Assembly: GCA_046759165.1 (NCBI GenBank) | Contig: JBHIBS010000005.1 | Span: 1 to 54,885, forward strand | DNA length: 54,885 nt | Reading direction: 5' to 3' | From: a bacterium | GTDB taxonomy: Bacteria > UBA6262 > WVXT01 | Part shown: one piece after another, positions 39,746 through 50,808 of the stretch | How positions within the stretch are numbered: the stretch's first letter is position 1 | Layout: every line of letters begins with the position of its first letter | Translations under genes and position numbers: made by a program | Notes under the pieces: model-generated | Databases searched by the model: none | What the model was told of the DNA's origin: nothing | What the model saw: the letters and a program-made list of their open reading frames with translations, nothing else

Positions 39746-40585
39746 TCAGCGCAAAAATAACTGGACATAGTAATACAGTAGTGGAGTATTGAACATCAGA
39801 CTATCTGCTTTGTCCAACATTCCTCCGTGTCCGCCTGGGAAGAGGTTACCTGAATCTTTCACCCCTGCATTTCTCTTGATCAGCGATTCAGCCAAGTCTC
39901 CCACCTGTCCGCCAATTCCCAAGAGAAGCCCAATGACGAGACACTCTATCGGGGTAATAAAATTGAGGTCCAAATTGAGGCGGGTGAAAAATTGCAATCC
40001 TAATAGTGCTCGGCAACCAAAGACTACACCAATCCCTGTAAGCAAGCCAAAGATGGCTCCTTCCCAAGACTTATTGGGACTGATGAGACGGCTCAACTTG
40101 TGCCGCCCAAACTTTACCCCTGCCCAAAATGCGCCAGTGTCCACACACCAGGTAGTGATAAATAGAAGATATACCAAGCCTTCTCCGTGAGGGCGAACGT
40201 CGCGAAGGAGAATTAAATGACTCAGAAACCAAGAAATATAAAAGATTCCCAAAAAAGTTACTGAAACAGAAGAGACACCGAATTTGATATCTTTCTTCAA
40301 GATTGCTTCAATTAAGATAAGAAACAAAAAGAGGGTAACAACGAAACCCCCTACTCCGCCGGATAACTTTCCTTGGAAGAGAAAAAAGCTGAGACAAAGA
40401 AAAAACCCTCCCAGCACTCCCAAGAACTTCTGCGGATGATAATTTCTCTTCTCCGTCAAACGATAAAATTCGAGAAGGCCTATAATAATTACAGCAAGAA
40501 CTAAAAGAGAAAAGGGAATAACCCCCCAATGTATAATCAACAGCAGTACGGGAATAACAACTAATGGTGTCTTTATTCGATCCAT
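39746..40585 (-). CDS. cdsA: Phosphatidate cytidylyltransferase
   Basis: ISPNKSWEG, GDLAES.IKR.AGVKDSG and HGGMLD motifs. Confidence 0.95.
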   Translation of the reverse strand: MDRIKTPLVVIPVLLLIIHWGVIPFSLLVLAVIIIGLLEFYRLTEKRNYHPQKFLGVLGGFFLCLSFFLFQGKLSGGVGGFVVTLFLFLILIEAILKKDIKFGVSSVSVTFLGIFYISWFLSHLILLRDVRPHGEGLVYLLFITTWCVDTGAFWAGVKFGRHKLSRLISPNKSWEGAIFGLLTGIGVVFGCRALLGLQFFTRLNLDLNFITPIECLVIGLLLGIGGQVGDLAESLIKRNAGVKDSGNLFPGGHGGMLDKADSLMFNTPLLYYYVQLFLR

Positions 40586-40593
40586 TGTCTCCC

Positions 40594-41361
40594 TTACCCG
40601 TTTTCCACCCTACCAAAACGACGCTCCCTCTTCTGATAATCTATGAGTGCCGAAAGTAGGTCCCGACGACTGAAATCTGGCCAGAGAACCGGGGTAACGT
40701 AAATTTCAGAATAAGCAATTTGCCATAGCAGAAAGTTGCTTAGCCTGAATTCCCCACTGGTACGGATCAACAGGTCTGGATCGGGTAGACCAGCGGTATA
40801 AAGATAGTCATTAAAAGACTTTTCGTCAATATCTTCTACTTTCTTTTCTCTCTCAGAAACCTGTTTAGCAATTTGGCGACAGGCCCGAACTATCTCCTCC
40901 CGTGCACCGTAACTCAGCGCTAAATTCAGAATCAGTCCACTATTTTCCTTTGTGGCATCTATCGACTTAGATAATTCAACGCGCACCTTGGGTGGTAACC
41001 TCTCTAGTTGCCCAGAAATGAGAAGCTTAATATTATTCTTCTTGAGATTATTTGTTTCCTGTCTTAAGAATTTGAACAGCAGATTCATCAGAGCCTGAAC
41101 TTCTTTTTTGGGCCTGTTCCAGTTCTCTGTTGAAAAAGCAAAAAGTGTAAGTATCTTAACCCCTATTTCTCCACAGAATCTTACAACCTTTCTTATCGTC
41201 TTTGTGCCTTCCAGGTGACCCACAATTCGTCTGCGGTTATGTCTCTTCGCCCAACGACCATTACCATCCATAATGATTGCTATATGCCGAGGAAGTCTCT
41301 TTCTATTAATTAGCTTGAGAAGTTCTCTGTAATCAACCAACTTCTCCTCCATTCCCATCAC
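40594..41361 (-). CDS. uppS: Undecaprenyl diphosphate synthase
   Basis: HIAIIMDGNGRW, AFSTENW, DLLIRTSGE.RLSNFLLWQ. Confidence 0.97.
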   Translation of the reverse strand: MMGMEEKLVDYRELLKLINRKRLPRHIAIIMDGNGRWAKRHNRRRIVGHLEGTKTIRKVVRFCGEIGVKILTLFAFSTENWNRPKKEVQALMNLLFKFLRQETNNLKKNNIKLLISGQLERLPPKVRVELSKSIDATKENSGLILNLALSYGAREEIVRACRQIAKQVSEREKKVEDIDEKSFNDYLYTAGLPDPDLLIRTSGEFRLSNFLLWQIAYSEIYVTPVLWPDFSRRDLLSALIDYQKRERRFGRVENG

Positions 41362-41367
41362 CCAATT

Positions 41368-41393
41368 GTAAGGGCGGGACTCTGTGCCCGCCC
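41368..41393 (+). repeat. GTAG-like REP hairpin
   Basis: GTAA-GGGCGGG-ACTCTGTG-CCCGCCC in the frr-uppS spacer. Confidence 0.5.
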
Positions 41394-41400
41394 GACTCTC

Positions 41401-41958
41401 TCACACTTCCATTATCTCTTTCTCTTTATGTTTGAGAGCTTCATCAATCTTCTCAATATATTCATTTGTTATCTCATTAATTTCTTCTATAGCTTTAAAT
41501 TTTTCGTCTTCTGAAATCGCCTTTTTTGTTTCCAGTTCCTTCAACTCATCTTTGGCTTGCCTTCTAATATTCCGAAGTTCCACCCTGTGGCCCTCCGCAA
41601 TCTTTCCGATTCTTTTTACAAGCTCTCTTCGGCGTTCCTCAGTTAATGCGGGTATTTTGAGTCGGATGATTTTCCCATCGTTGAGCGGGCTCAACCCCAA
41701 GTCGGACTTTAAGATTGCCTTCTCTATTTCTGGAAGGACGCTCTTATCCCAGGGTTTTATCTCGATTAATCTTATCTCTGGGATAACTATGTTGGCAACT
41801 TGACCGATGGGGACCTGAGTTCCATAATAGGCAACTCGAATGCCTTCCAACAGGTTAATCGAGGCGCGACCGGTGCGAATAATTGTGAATTCATGCTTTA
41901 AATCCTCAGTTGCTTTTTCCATTTGGAGTTTGACCTTATCATAAATGTTCTTTACCAT
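41401..41958 (-). CDS. frr: Ribosome recycling factor
   Basis: IRTGRAS, P.NDG, LTEERRRELVK, KEKEIMEV. Confidence 0.97.
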   Translation of the reverse strand: MVKNIYDKVKLQMEKATEDLKHEFTIIRTGRASINLLEGIRVAYYGTQVPIGQVANIVIPEIRLIEIKPWDKSVLPEIEKAILKSDLGLSPLNDGKIIRLKIPALTEERRRELVKRIGKIAEGHRVELRNIRRQAKDELKELETKKAISEDEKFKAIEEINEITNEYIEKIDEALKHKEKEIMEV

Positions 41959-41974
41959 ATGGTATTCTCTCTCC

Positions 41975-42739
<765 letters not shown>

Positions 42740-42780
42740 TCATCCCTACAGATGTCATTATATTAATGACAATGCACAAT

Positions 42781-43377
42781 CTATTCCTCTCCCACTTTGA
42801 AACGAGTGAACCGTCCCACCTTAATATTTTCTTCCAGTTTAACGATTGTTTGTGTCAAGAGGTCTTTGACTTTAAGTTTAGGGTCCTTAATGTATGGTTG
42901 TTCCAGAAGGCAGACTTGAGTGAAATATTTCTCCAGTCTGCCCTGAGCGATCTTCTCGATGATCTTCTCTGGTTTTCTTGATTCTTGCGCTTGTTTCTTA
43001 TAGATTTCTTTTTCCTTTTCAATAATTTCTTTGGGCACATCTTCGGGCTTAATCCACAGAGGGTCCATGGCTGCTATTTGCATTGCCAATTCCTTTGCCA
43101 GTTGAGAAAACTCGCTCGTTCTGGCAACGAAATCGGTCTCGCAGTTCACCTCTAACAGAACACCTAACTTACTCCCGCTATGGACATAGGAAGAGATCAA
43201 TCCTTCCTTTGTCTCGCTGGCAGAACGTTTGATTGCTCCAACACTCCCTTTCTCTCTCAAAATATCCTGAGCCTTTTGAATATCTCCACCAGCTTCTAAC
43301 AACGCCTGTTTACAATCCATTACTCCCGCACCCGTCTTATTGCGAAGTTCCCGAACTAACTCCATGCTTATCTTCAT
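42781..43377 (-). CDS. tsf: Elongation factor Ts (short form)
   Basis: [32 protein letters not shown]. Confidence 0.97.
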   Translation of the reverse strand: MKISMELVRELRNKTGAGVMDCKQALLEAGGDIQKAQDILREKGSVGAIKRSASETKEGLISSYVHSGSKLGVLLEVNCETDFVARTSEFSQLAKELAMQIAAMDPLWIKPEDVPKEIIEKEKEIYKKQAQESRKPEKIIEKIAQGRLEKYFTQVCLLEQPYIKDPKLKVKDLLTQTIVKLEENIKVGRFTRFKVGEE

Positions 43378-44119
43378 CTGTATCTCCCTCTTTCTTTGTC
43401 TCTTCCTCCACTTCTGCAGTGACTTGTTCTTTTTCTCTCAACTCTTTACCCTCAATCACAGCCTCTGCAATTATGTGAGTAATTAACCTAATTGACCTGA
43501 TAGCATCATCGTTGCCGGGAATTACATAAGTTATACCTTCAGGGTCACAATTTGTGTCCACCAAGGCGACAACGGGAATCTCCAATTTAATTGCTTCAGA
43601 GACGGAAATTGCCTCTTGAGGCGGATCAATAACAAAGGTCGCTCCCGGCAAGTTCTCCATATCTCTAATCCCAGATAGTCCTTTTACCAGTTTCAATTTT
43701 TCCTTCTCGATCCTAGCCAATTCCTTTTTTGTGAGAGTAGAAGAACTCGATTCTTGCTGAAGTTGTTCCAGTCTCTTCAGTCGCTCCACGCTCTGGCGAA
43801 TGGTAGAGAAATTGGTCAGTATCCCTCCCCACCATCGCTGATTAACATAAAACATCCCACACCGTTCTGCTTCTTCTTTTATGATTTCTTGAGCCTGACG
43901 CTTGGTTCCTACAAAGAGCACCATCTGATTCTTGGCTACAATGTCGCGAATGAACTTATAAGCGTCTTTTATCTTCGCCAATGTCTTTTGCAAATCGATA
44001 ATGTGGATGTTATTTCGAGCGCCGAAGATATACTGAGCCATTTTGGGATTCCACCTCTTGGTCTGATGTCCGAAGTGGACTCCTGCTTCCAACAACTGTT
44101 TCATAGTTACAACCGCCAT
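43337..44119 (-). CDS. rpsB: 30S ribosomal protein S2
   Basis: [38 protein letters not shown]. Confidence 0.98.
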   Translation of the reverse strand: MAVVTMKQLLEAGVHFGHQTKRWNPKMAQYIFGARNNIHIIDLQKTLAKIKDAYKFIRDIVAKNQMVLFVGTKRQAQEIIKEEAERCGMFYVNQRWWGGILTNFSTIRQSVERLKRLEQLQQESSSSTLTKKELARIEKEKLKLVKGLSGIRDMENLPGATFVIDPPQEAISVSEAIKLEIPVVALVDTNCDPEGITYVIPGNDDAIRSIRLITHIIAEAVIEGKELREKEQVTAEVEEETKKEGDTDEDKHGVSSGTSQ

Positions 44120-44249
44120 TCTCCCCTCCCTATTTGGCCCCGTTAGAGGTCTCCGTCCTTAAAGCCAGAGTTAAAACCCCTTCTAAAACCCATTACAGAT
44201 ATGTCTCCACAAGGGGTAAACAGAGCAAACCTTTCTAACGTGGTTTACT

Positions 44250-45263
44250 TCACCAGTGTCTTAGAAGATAGATGATTATGCCCAGAATTAATGGTAGTCC
44301 CAAAATTCCCAGATACAATTTTTTCCTTTTTATTGTGAACTTCTGAGGCTTGAGTCTTCTGACTCTTGCTGTCTTTTCTACAAGAGCTTCGCCAACTATG
44401 CCTGGGCTAAATCTCGTCCTCACCGCCCATTGATTTCCGTCTTCCCTCAGTTCTTCTACTATTGTGGATAGAGGAACTACTTCTTCCCCCTTACATCCAC
44501 CTATAAGGCGGGAAAGATATTGAGCAATATCCCTTGAATCTAAGATTTTGGCTAAAATTAAATCATTTTTTCTTAGTTTCTCAATCTCCACTGACGAGGA
44601 AGAGTCATCAGTAACCAACTCAGTCCTTAAAACAATTGTGCTCCCTTTTCTATTGGCCGACTCCTCAGCCTGGTTCAAAGATGGTTTAACTCCTCGCTCA
44701 GCTGGGACGGTTGACTCTTGAGGAAATTTAAATTGACTCAAATTAAGTTCCTCGACATCCATTTCTACTCTGAGCTGAGGGTCCTCTAAAGATCTACTGA
44801 TGATTGATTGAAGGACACCAGTTATTTCTTCGTAATTTCTATCTTTCAGATTCTGGAAGAAAGGCCTCCTGTAATCGCTTGCAATTTGCCAGTTCAAATT
44901 CTGCTCCAGCTTTTGGATTAATTCCTGTAGACAACCCTCGCTGAGGCGATGTGCATAGAGCCTCTTTTCGAAGTCGCGCCATTTAGAATCGAGGTATTCT
45001 TCGTAAATTGAGGGATCGTATGTGGCTATTGCACCCAAGCGAACGATCCTCTTTTGATTGAGATGGCTAATGACTATAAACTGACCATAAACATTGATCT
45101 GCTCACACATAAACTTTCCTTTAATTACTACGATGTATTTAAGGAGGAGATTTATCGATTTTATAGCTTTTTCCAAGTTATTTCCTGTCGAATGGAGAGC
45201 CAATTCTGCCTGATCCTCATCACAGCCTGTCTCTTCCATGAGAATCTTTATATTCTCCCTCAT
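44250..45263 (-). CDS. Hypothetical protein with UBA-like N-terminus and C-terminal TM anchor
   Basis: IKILMEETGCDEDQAELAL..TGNNLEKAI resembles UBA/EF-Ts-N helical bundles; hydrophobic C-terminus; SD present. Confidence 0.7.
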   Translation of the reverse strand: MRENIKILMEETGCDEDQAELALHSTGNNLEKAIKSINLLLKYIVVIKGKFMCEQINVYGQFIVISHLNQKRIVRLGAIATYDPSIYEEYLDSKWRDFEKRLYAHRLSEGCLQELIQKLEQNLNWQIASDYRRPFFQNLKDRNYEEITGVLQSIISRSLEDPQLRVEMDVEELNLSQFKFPQESTVPAERGVKPSLNQAEESANRKGSTIVLRTELVTDDSSSSVEIEKLRKNDLILAKILDSRDIAQYLSRLIGGCKGEEVVPLSTIVEELREDGNQWAVRTRFSPGIVGEALVEKTARVRRLKPQKFTIKRKKLYLGILGLPLILGIIIYLLRHW

Positions 45264-45275
45264 GGTTCTTTCTCC

Positions 45276-46196
45276 TTATGCACGAGGATGATACTTTCTA
45301 TATACTCTCTTTAACCTCTCTGTCGTCACATGGGTATATATTTGAGTAGTAGATAGACTTGCATGTCCTAACATCTCCTGTACAGCTCTCAAATCGCAGC
45401 CAGCATTTAATAGATGTGTGGCAAATGTGTGTCTCAAAGTGTGAGGACTTACTCCCTTTTTGATGCTGGCAAGTCCGATGTATTTGTGAACAAGACGGTT
45501 TATGCTCTGCACACTCAACCGCAACCCCTGAAAATTTAAAAATAATGGCTCCTTACTGTAAGACAAATTCTGAAAACTTTTGATCTTGAAAAAAGCAGGT
45601 TTTTCCGGCAATTGGCGCATCCTCAAGTAGCGCTCGACAGAAGCAAGCCCAATCTCCCCAATCGGCACTAACCTTTCTTTTGACCCTTTACCTTTCACCT
45701 TAATCATCCCGCCTAGCAGGTCAACATCGCTTATATTCAGGTTGACCAACTCACTCACCCTCAGCCCCGAACCATATAATATTTCTAAGATTGCCCTGTC
45801 TCTTAAGCCCAGAAGGGTTCTCCTGTCAGGTAATTCTAGGAGTAACCTGACCTCATCCAAATCTAGAAAAGAAGGTACTTTCTTCATTCGTTTTGGTGTA
45901 AGAATATAGATTGTCGGATTTCGAGCTACAATTTTTTCCCACGCCAAATAGTTGAAGAACGACCGAATGCTGGAGAGTTTTCGAGCAATCGTGGTCTTTT
46001 CAAAATTTTTACCTGCAAGATGAGCCAGAAACTTTCTCACCTGCAAGCGATCAACTTTGTTGAGACTATCTATCTTGTCTCTTTTCAAAAAATTGATAAA
46101 GCTTTTCAGGTCCCCCTTATAACTTACCAGAGTATGCGGCGAAAAATTCCTTTCTACTTTTAAGTGTGTAATAAATTTGTCCAGATAGATTTCCAT
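45276..46196 (-). CDS. xerC: Tyrosine recombinase XerC
   Basis: ERNFSPHT, RDRAILEILYGSGLRVSE, HTLRHTFATH, LGH, HPRA; topA-xerC synteny. Start placed at ATG 46196. Confidence 0.88.
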   Translation of the reverse strand: MEIYLDKFITHLKVERNFSPHTLVSYKGDLKSFINFLKRDKIDSLNKVDRLQVRKFLAHLAGKNFEKTTIARKLSSIRSFFNYLAWEKIVARNPTIYILTPKRMKKVPSFLDLDEVRLLLELPDRRTLLGLRDRAILEILYGSGLRVSELVNLNISDVDLLGGMIKVKGKGSKERLVPIGEIGLASVERYLRMRQLPEKPAFFKIKSFQNLSYSKEPLFLNFQGLRLSVQSINRLVHKYIGLASIKKGVSPHTLRHTFATHLLNAGCDLRAVQEMLGHASLSTTQIYTHVTTERLKRVYRKYHPRA

Positions 46197-46249
46197 TGCC
46201 ACAAAAGATATTTCCTTGCGGACGTTCACCAACGCTAATTGGGTCACCC

Positions 46250-46326
46250 CCCGTTAGAAATTACCCCAAGAGGATTTCTAACGGGATTTATGGCCGTAAT
46301 TTTTGTGGAGACAAGCCCCTACACTA
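46250..46326. repeat. CCCGTTAGAAA palindrome plus GTAGGGGCTTGTC-type REP composite
   Basis: CCCGTTAGAAAT...ATTTCTAACGGG then GGAGACAAGCCCCTACACTA; homologous composite at 49923-50014. Confidence 0.75.
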
Positions 46327-46396
46327 GAGAGTCACTGCGAGAGAGCAAAGCGACCGAAGCAATTTCAAGATTGCCACGCTTGTTCCTTCACTTCGT

Positions 46397-48424
46397 TCAG
46401 GACCGCTCGGAATGAGACGATTTCAATTTCATGTATTTTTTAGTACGAATTGGCTTAGTGCTTTTGCATTTGGGATAGGCGCTACAGGCAAGAAATTTGC
46501 CTCTCCGACCCGATTTAATCACCATAGGGCTTCCGCACTTCGGACATTTTTCTTCAGTAATCTGCGCCACTATCTTTTTTCCTTGTTCATCTAAAGGAAC
46601 AGTATAACGGCAACGAGGAAATGAAGAGCAAGCAAGAAATTTGCCAAACCGCCCAATTCTGATTACCATGGTGCTTCCGCACTTTGGACAAGTCTCCCGA
46701 GTTACCTGAGGTTTGATCTTCGTCATATGTTTATAAGCAATGTTCAGGGTTCTCTTAAAGGGCTGATAAAAGTTATTGAGGACTTCAACCCACTCCCTCT
46801 TCCCCAAAGCAATCTCATCCAGATTCTCTTCCATATTGGCAGTGAAATCGATGTCCATGATTTTTGGGAAGTATTTTACTAACAAGTCATTAACTATAAT
46901 CCCGGTCTCTTCTGGATGGAACTGTTTCTTCCTTAATGTCACATACCTTCTTCCCAAAAGGGTGCTTATTATGGGAGCATACGTTGAAGGTCGACCGATG
47001 CCGTGTTCTTCGAGAGTCTTAATTAGAGTCGCCTCCGTATAATGGGAAGGGGGTTCAGTGAAGTGCTGCTCGGGAACCACCTCTTTTAAAACCAAAATAT
47101 CACCTTCTTGAAGAGGAGGAAGAATTTTTTCCTTTTCCTCCTTTTCTTCCCGATAGACCTTAAGAAACCCGGAAAACTTAAGCTTCTGTCCTGTAGCGCG
47201 AAACATATAATCGCCCGCTCTGATGTCCACAGCTACTGTATCAAATATTGCCGAAGCCATCTGGCTGGATACGAACCTCTGCCAGATCAGGTTGTAAAGT
47301 CTAAATTGAGAAGCATTAAGGTATTTCGATATGGCTTCCGGAGTGCGGAGGCAGGAAGTTGGCCGGATAGCCTCGTGAGCTTCTTGGGCAACTTTACTCT
47401 TACTTTTATAAATCCTTGGCCTTTTGGGCGAGTAGTGCTGGCCAAACTTTTTCCTGATAAAACTAAGAGCCTCAGCCTGAGCCGAGGAAGAGACAGTGAA
47501 TGAATCTGTCCGCATATACGTAATTAACCCTACACTCTCTTTCTTTCCCAGGTCGATGCCCTCATAGAGTTGTTGTGCTATCACCATTATTTTAGTCGCT
47601 GAGAAACTAAGCCTTCTGGAAGCCTCCTGTTGAAGAGTGCTTGTCTTAAATGGGGGAAGGGGATTAGCCTTCTTAGCCTTTCTGGTTACTTTCAAGACCC
47701 TAAACTCTTTACCACTCAAATCCTGACAAATCTCCTTCGCCCGTGACGCATTTGCAATTTCTAGTTTCTTAAACTTCTTTTTCCCTTTGGCAATGAGATT
47801 TGCCGCAAAGATTCGTTCCTCATCTCTCTTTCTCAAATGGGCAAGTATAGTCCAGTACTCTTGAGGAACAAACCGCTCAATTTGCCTTTCCCTCTCAATA
47901 ACTAGTTTCAGAGCCACGGATTGTACTCGTCCTGCTGAAAGACCCCTTCTGACTTTGTTACTCAAAAGGGGGCTGAGCTTGTATCCAACCAGCCGGTCGA
48001 GTATGCGTCTTGACTGCTGGGCATTAACTAAATGGAGGTCGATTTGATGTGGAGAGCGAAGGGAATTAGCAATTGTCTGTTTGGTTATCTCATGGAAGAC
48101 TATACGTTTTACTCTCCCCTGGTCAGTGTTTGTAACTGAAACTAAATGCCAACCTATAGCCTCCCCTTCGCGGTCCTGGTCGGTGGCAATATAGATCTGT
48201 TTAGCCTCCTTCACTGCCTTGGTTAAATCTTTCACAATTTTCTTTTTATTCTTAATAATCTCGTAAGTAGGGCTAAAATTGTCTCCTATATTCACCCCCA
48301 GTCTATCCGGAGGCAAATCACGAACATGCCCCATAGAAGATTTAATTACATAATCTTTCCCCAATATCTTACCGATCGTCTTTGCCTTAGTGGGTGATTC
48401 GACAATAACTAAAGCCTTGGCCAT
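46397..48424 (-). CDS. topA: DNA topoisomerase I
   Basis: LVIVESPTKAK, DQDREGEAI, SAGRVQS, ITYMRTD, AHEAIRPT, GIGRPSTY; two C-terminal zinc ribbons. Confidence 0.98.
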   Translation of the reverse strand: MAKALVIVESPTKAKTIGKILGKDYVIKSSMGHVRDLPPDRLGVNIGDNFSPTYEIIKNKKKIVKDLTKAVKEAKQIYIATDQDREGEAIGWHLVSVTNTDQGRVKRIVFHEITKQTIANSLRSPHQIDLHLVNAQQSRRILDRLVGYKLSPLLSNKVRRGLSAGRVQSVALKLVIERERQIERFVPQEYWTILAHLRKRDEERIFAANLIAKGKKKFKKLEIANASRAKEICQDLSGKEFRVLKVTRKAKKANPLPPFKTSTLQQEASRRLSFSATKIMVIAQQLYEGIDLGKKESVGLITYMRTDSFTVSSSAQAEALSFIRKKFGQHYSPKRPRIYKSKSKVAQEAHEAIRPTSCLRTPEAISKYLNASQFRLYNLIWQRFVSSQMASAIFDTVAVDIRAGDYMFRATGQKLKFSGFLKVYREEKEEKEKILPPLQEGDILVLKEVVPEQHFTEPPSHYTEATLIKTLEEHGIGRPSTYAPIISTLLGRRYVTLRKKQFHPEETGIIVNDLLVKYFPKIMDIDFTANMEENLDEIALGKREWVEVLNNFYQPFKRTLNIAYKHMTKIKPQVTRETCPKCGSTMVIRIGRFGKFLACSSFPRCRYTVPLDEQGKKIVAQITEEKCPKCGSPMVIKSGRRGKFLACSAYPKCKSTKPIRTKKYMKLKSSHSERS

Positions 48425-48455
48425 AGGTCCACTCTCAATAGATTAACCTTTTAAT

Positions 48456-48641
48456 TTAATGCAGATGCTTCTTCCGTCTCTTTGTGTCATAGTCTTCCGG
48501 GTAACTTTCTTCCAGAACCTCAAGTAACATCTTTTCCAGTTGACTTGCAGACAATTTTAATTTCTCCAAGTATTCCTTCACTTCTCTAATTCCAAAATTC
48601 TCATCCCCGAACATATCCTCGTCCCTTAATTTCCTTGCCAT
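48456..48641 (-). CDS. Small charged hypothetical protein
   Basis: Strong GGAGGAG SD before the ATG; fills the dprA-topA gap. Confidence 0.6.
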   Translation of the reverse strand: MARKLRDEDMFGDENFGIREVKEYLEKLKLSASQLEKMLLEVLEESYPEDYDTKRRKKHLH

Positions 48642-48684
48642 ACTCTCCTCCTACATTAAACCTTTGAAATTTGAAATTTTTCTA

Positions 48685-49794
48685 TTATCGTGGTTCTGGA
48701 ACGCGCAAAAACATCTTCCCAGGCGCCTGTCTAATCTTTCCTTTCATTTCCAAATTCATGAGAACGGGTGAGATCTTACTTATAGGTAAACCGCTCTCTT
48801 TACTTATCAAATCAATATGGATAGGCTCAAATGATAATAGGTTGTATACTTTTTCTTCCTCTTGAGACAACTTTACTTCCCCGGGAGACTTTATAGCTGG
48901 AAATACAGGTAGAACATCCCTTAAACAACGTATCTCCTCAATAATATCCTCACATCTCTCCACCAGTTTTGCACCCTGTTTTATTAATGAATGAGTACCC
49001 TTAGTTCCTAAATTGAAGATATTTCCCGGAACAGCAAAAACTTCCCTGCCCTGCTCCAGAGCACACTCAGCAGTGATTAGAGCACCGCTTCTGGAACCGG
49101 CCTCGACGATCACCGCCCCTAAACTGAGTCCACTTATGACTCTATTTCGCACAGGAAAATTCGTTCTTTCAGGTGGTGTACCCATAGGAAATTCAGAAAT
49201 CACGGCTCCACGCTCACCGATCTCATCAAAAAGGGCCTTATTCTCCGGCGGGTAACAGATGTCAATCCCACATCCTAAAACGGCAATGGTCCTTCCACCA
49301 CAAGATAACGCCCCTCTATGGGCAGAGGTATCGATTCCCCGGGCTAAGCCGCTAACTACCCTCACCTCTCTCTCAGCCAATTCTTTACTCAGTTTTTCTG
49401 CTACCATTTTCCCATAGATAGTTGGTCGCCTGGTTCCTACCATTGCAATGGCAATTCTATCTTTTGGCAATAATTTCCCCTTTACATACAGCACAATGGG
49501 CGGATCGAAAATCGACTCTAAGTTCAAAGGATAGTTACCATCAGAAAATGTTACTATAGAAACTTTTTGCTTTTCAATTCTGGATATCTCTTTTTCTATA
49601 TGTAATTTATCTCTGAAGTTGACAATTTGCCTGGCCGTGTACTCCCCAATACCTGAGACGTGTTGAAGTTCGTTCACATCTGCCTTAAGTATATCTTCAG
49701 GCGACCCGAAATGTTTTAAGAGCTTCTGGCATCTCGACGCACCTATGCCAGGAATCATATTTAGGGCCAGCCAATGTTCGATTTTCTCTGACAT
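48685..49794 (-). CDS. dprA: DNA-processing protein DprA
   Basis: PPIVLY, VGTR, VVSGLARGID, FPVRNRVISGLS, SGALITA, GREVFAVPG. Start placed at ATG 49794. Confidence 0.96.
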   Translation of the reverse strand: MSEKIEHWLALNMIPGIGASRCQKLLKHFGSPEDILKADVNELQHVSGIGEYTARQIVNFRDKLHIEKEISRIEKQKVSIVTFSDGNYPLNLESIFDPPIVLYVKGKLLPKDRIAIAMVGTRRPTIYGKMVAEKLSKELAEREVRVVSGLARGIDTSAHRGALSCGGRTIAVLGCGIDICYPPENKALFDEIGERGAVISEFPMGTPPERTNFPVRNRVISGLSLGAVIVEAGSRSGALITAECALEQGREVFAVPGNIFNLGTKGTHSLIKQGAKLVERCEDIIEEIRCLRDVLPVFPAIKSPGEVKLSQEEEKVYNLLSFEPIHIDLISKESGLPISKISPVLMNLEMKGKIRQAPGKMFLRVPEPR

Positions 49795-49838
49795 TCTATT
49801 CCTCGGCGAAGACAAAATTTTTTTGCACAGAGCACAAT

Positions 49839-49868
49839 ATTATATACAAAATCCCAACCACATGTCAA
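49839..49868 (-). promoter_or_regulatory. Putative sigma70 promoter for dprA-topA
   Basis: TTGACA-N18-TATAAT on the minus strand. Confidence 0.6.
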
Positions 49869-49922
49869 GCAATCCCCTCAAAAGAGTTTCCTGAAGTCAG
49901 CTTATGAGTAGTGTAGCACTTG

Positions 49923-50014
49923 ACCCCATTAGAAATTAAGCTAAGAGAATTTCTAACATCCATTTCTAATGGGGTTTATAGGCATGATTTCTACGGGGAC
50001 AAGCCCCTGCACTA
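49923..50014. repeat. CCCCATTAGAAA palindrome plus REP composite
   Basis: ACCCCATTAGAAAT...ATTTCTAATGGGGT then GGGGACAAGCCCCTGCACTA. Confidence 0.75.
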
Positions 50015-50148
50015 CCAATTCCCTATTTCTGCAAAAGAGAGCAAAAAGATGGAATGAATGAAAAAATTCGGCAGGCACAGATAGAGTGTTATGATAACAA
50101 GGCACTATCACGTGGATATGGAGCAGTGTGGGTAAATTCTTTCTACCT

Positions 50149-50808
50149 TTATTCAAGATTTTCTTTGAGTGCTTCCAGAATCTTATTCCCAAAATCTCGA
50201 GCTGCGTTTGGACCATTGGCTGTAATAATTTTGCCATCAACCTCTATTTTTCTGCCCCTATAGATAGCACCTCTTTCTACCAACCGGTCCTTTTCTGAAG
50301 GCCAGACAGTAGCCTTCACACCTTCAAGAACTTCAGCGTAAGCCAGGATTACAGGAGCAATACAAATTGCAGCTAAAATTTTCCCCTCGCTTACTGCCTC
50401 TTGGCAAATTCTTAAAGCCTGTTCATCGTTCCAGTATAACCTAGCACCAATTCCGCCAATAAAAATAATCCCATCGTACTCGTCAACTTTTGCCTCCGAG
50501 AGAAGTAAGTCTGGCTCAATCCTTGCTCCAAGCATTCCGCAGGCTTCACCCAGGCTTCTACTTGCCACTGAGACATTAATCCCTTCTTCCTCCAGAATTT
50601 CCCTCGGATAAAGGTACTCCTCATCGCGGAAATTGGTAGGAGCAATAATGAACAGTACCCTCTTTTCCGACTCGGAAACCATCTCCTGCTTAGCCACATC
50701 GGAAATTACCTCAACCGGCTGTTTACAAGTCGCCAGCGAATAGAGACCCAAAAGAAAAACTATCAGGACATTTATTCTACAAATGCATCTTTTATTCTTC
50801 TTTATCAT
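50149..50808 (-). CDS. DJ-1/PfpI family protein with possible lipoprotein signal
   Basis: FRDEEY, FIGGIG, AAICIAP nucleophile elbow, IITANGP; N-terminal LATC lipobox-like sequence. Confidence 0.88.
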   Translation of the reverse strand: MIKKNKRCICRINVLIVFLLGLYSLATCKQPVEVISDVAKQEMVSESEKRVLFIIAPTNFRDEEYLYPREILEEEGINVSVASRSLGEACGMLGARIEPDLLLSEAKVDEYDGIIFIGGIGARLYWNDEQALRICQEAVSEGKILAAICIAPVILAYAEVLEGVKATVWPSEKDRLVERGAIYRGRKIEVDGKIITANGPNAARDFGNKILEALKENLE

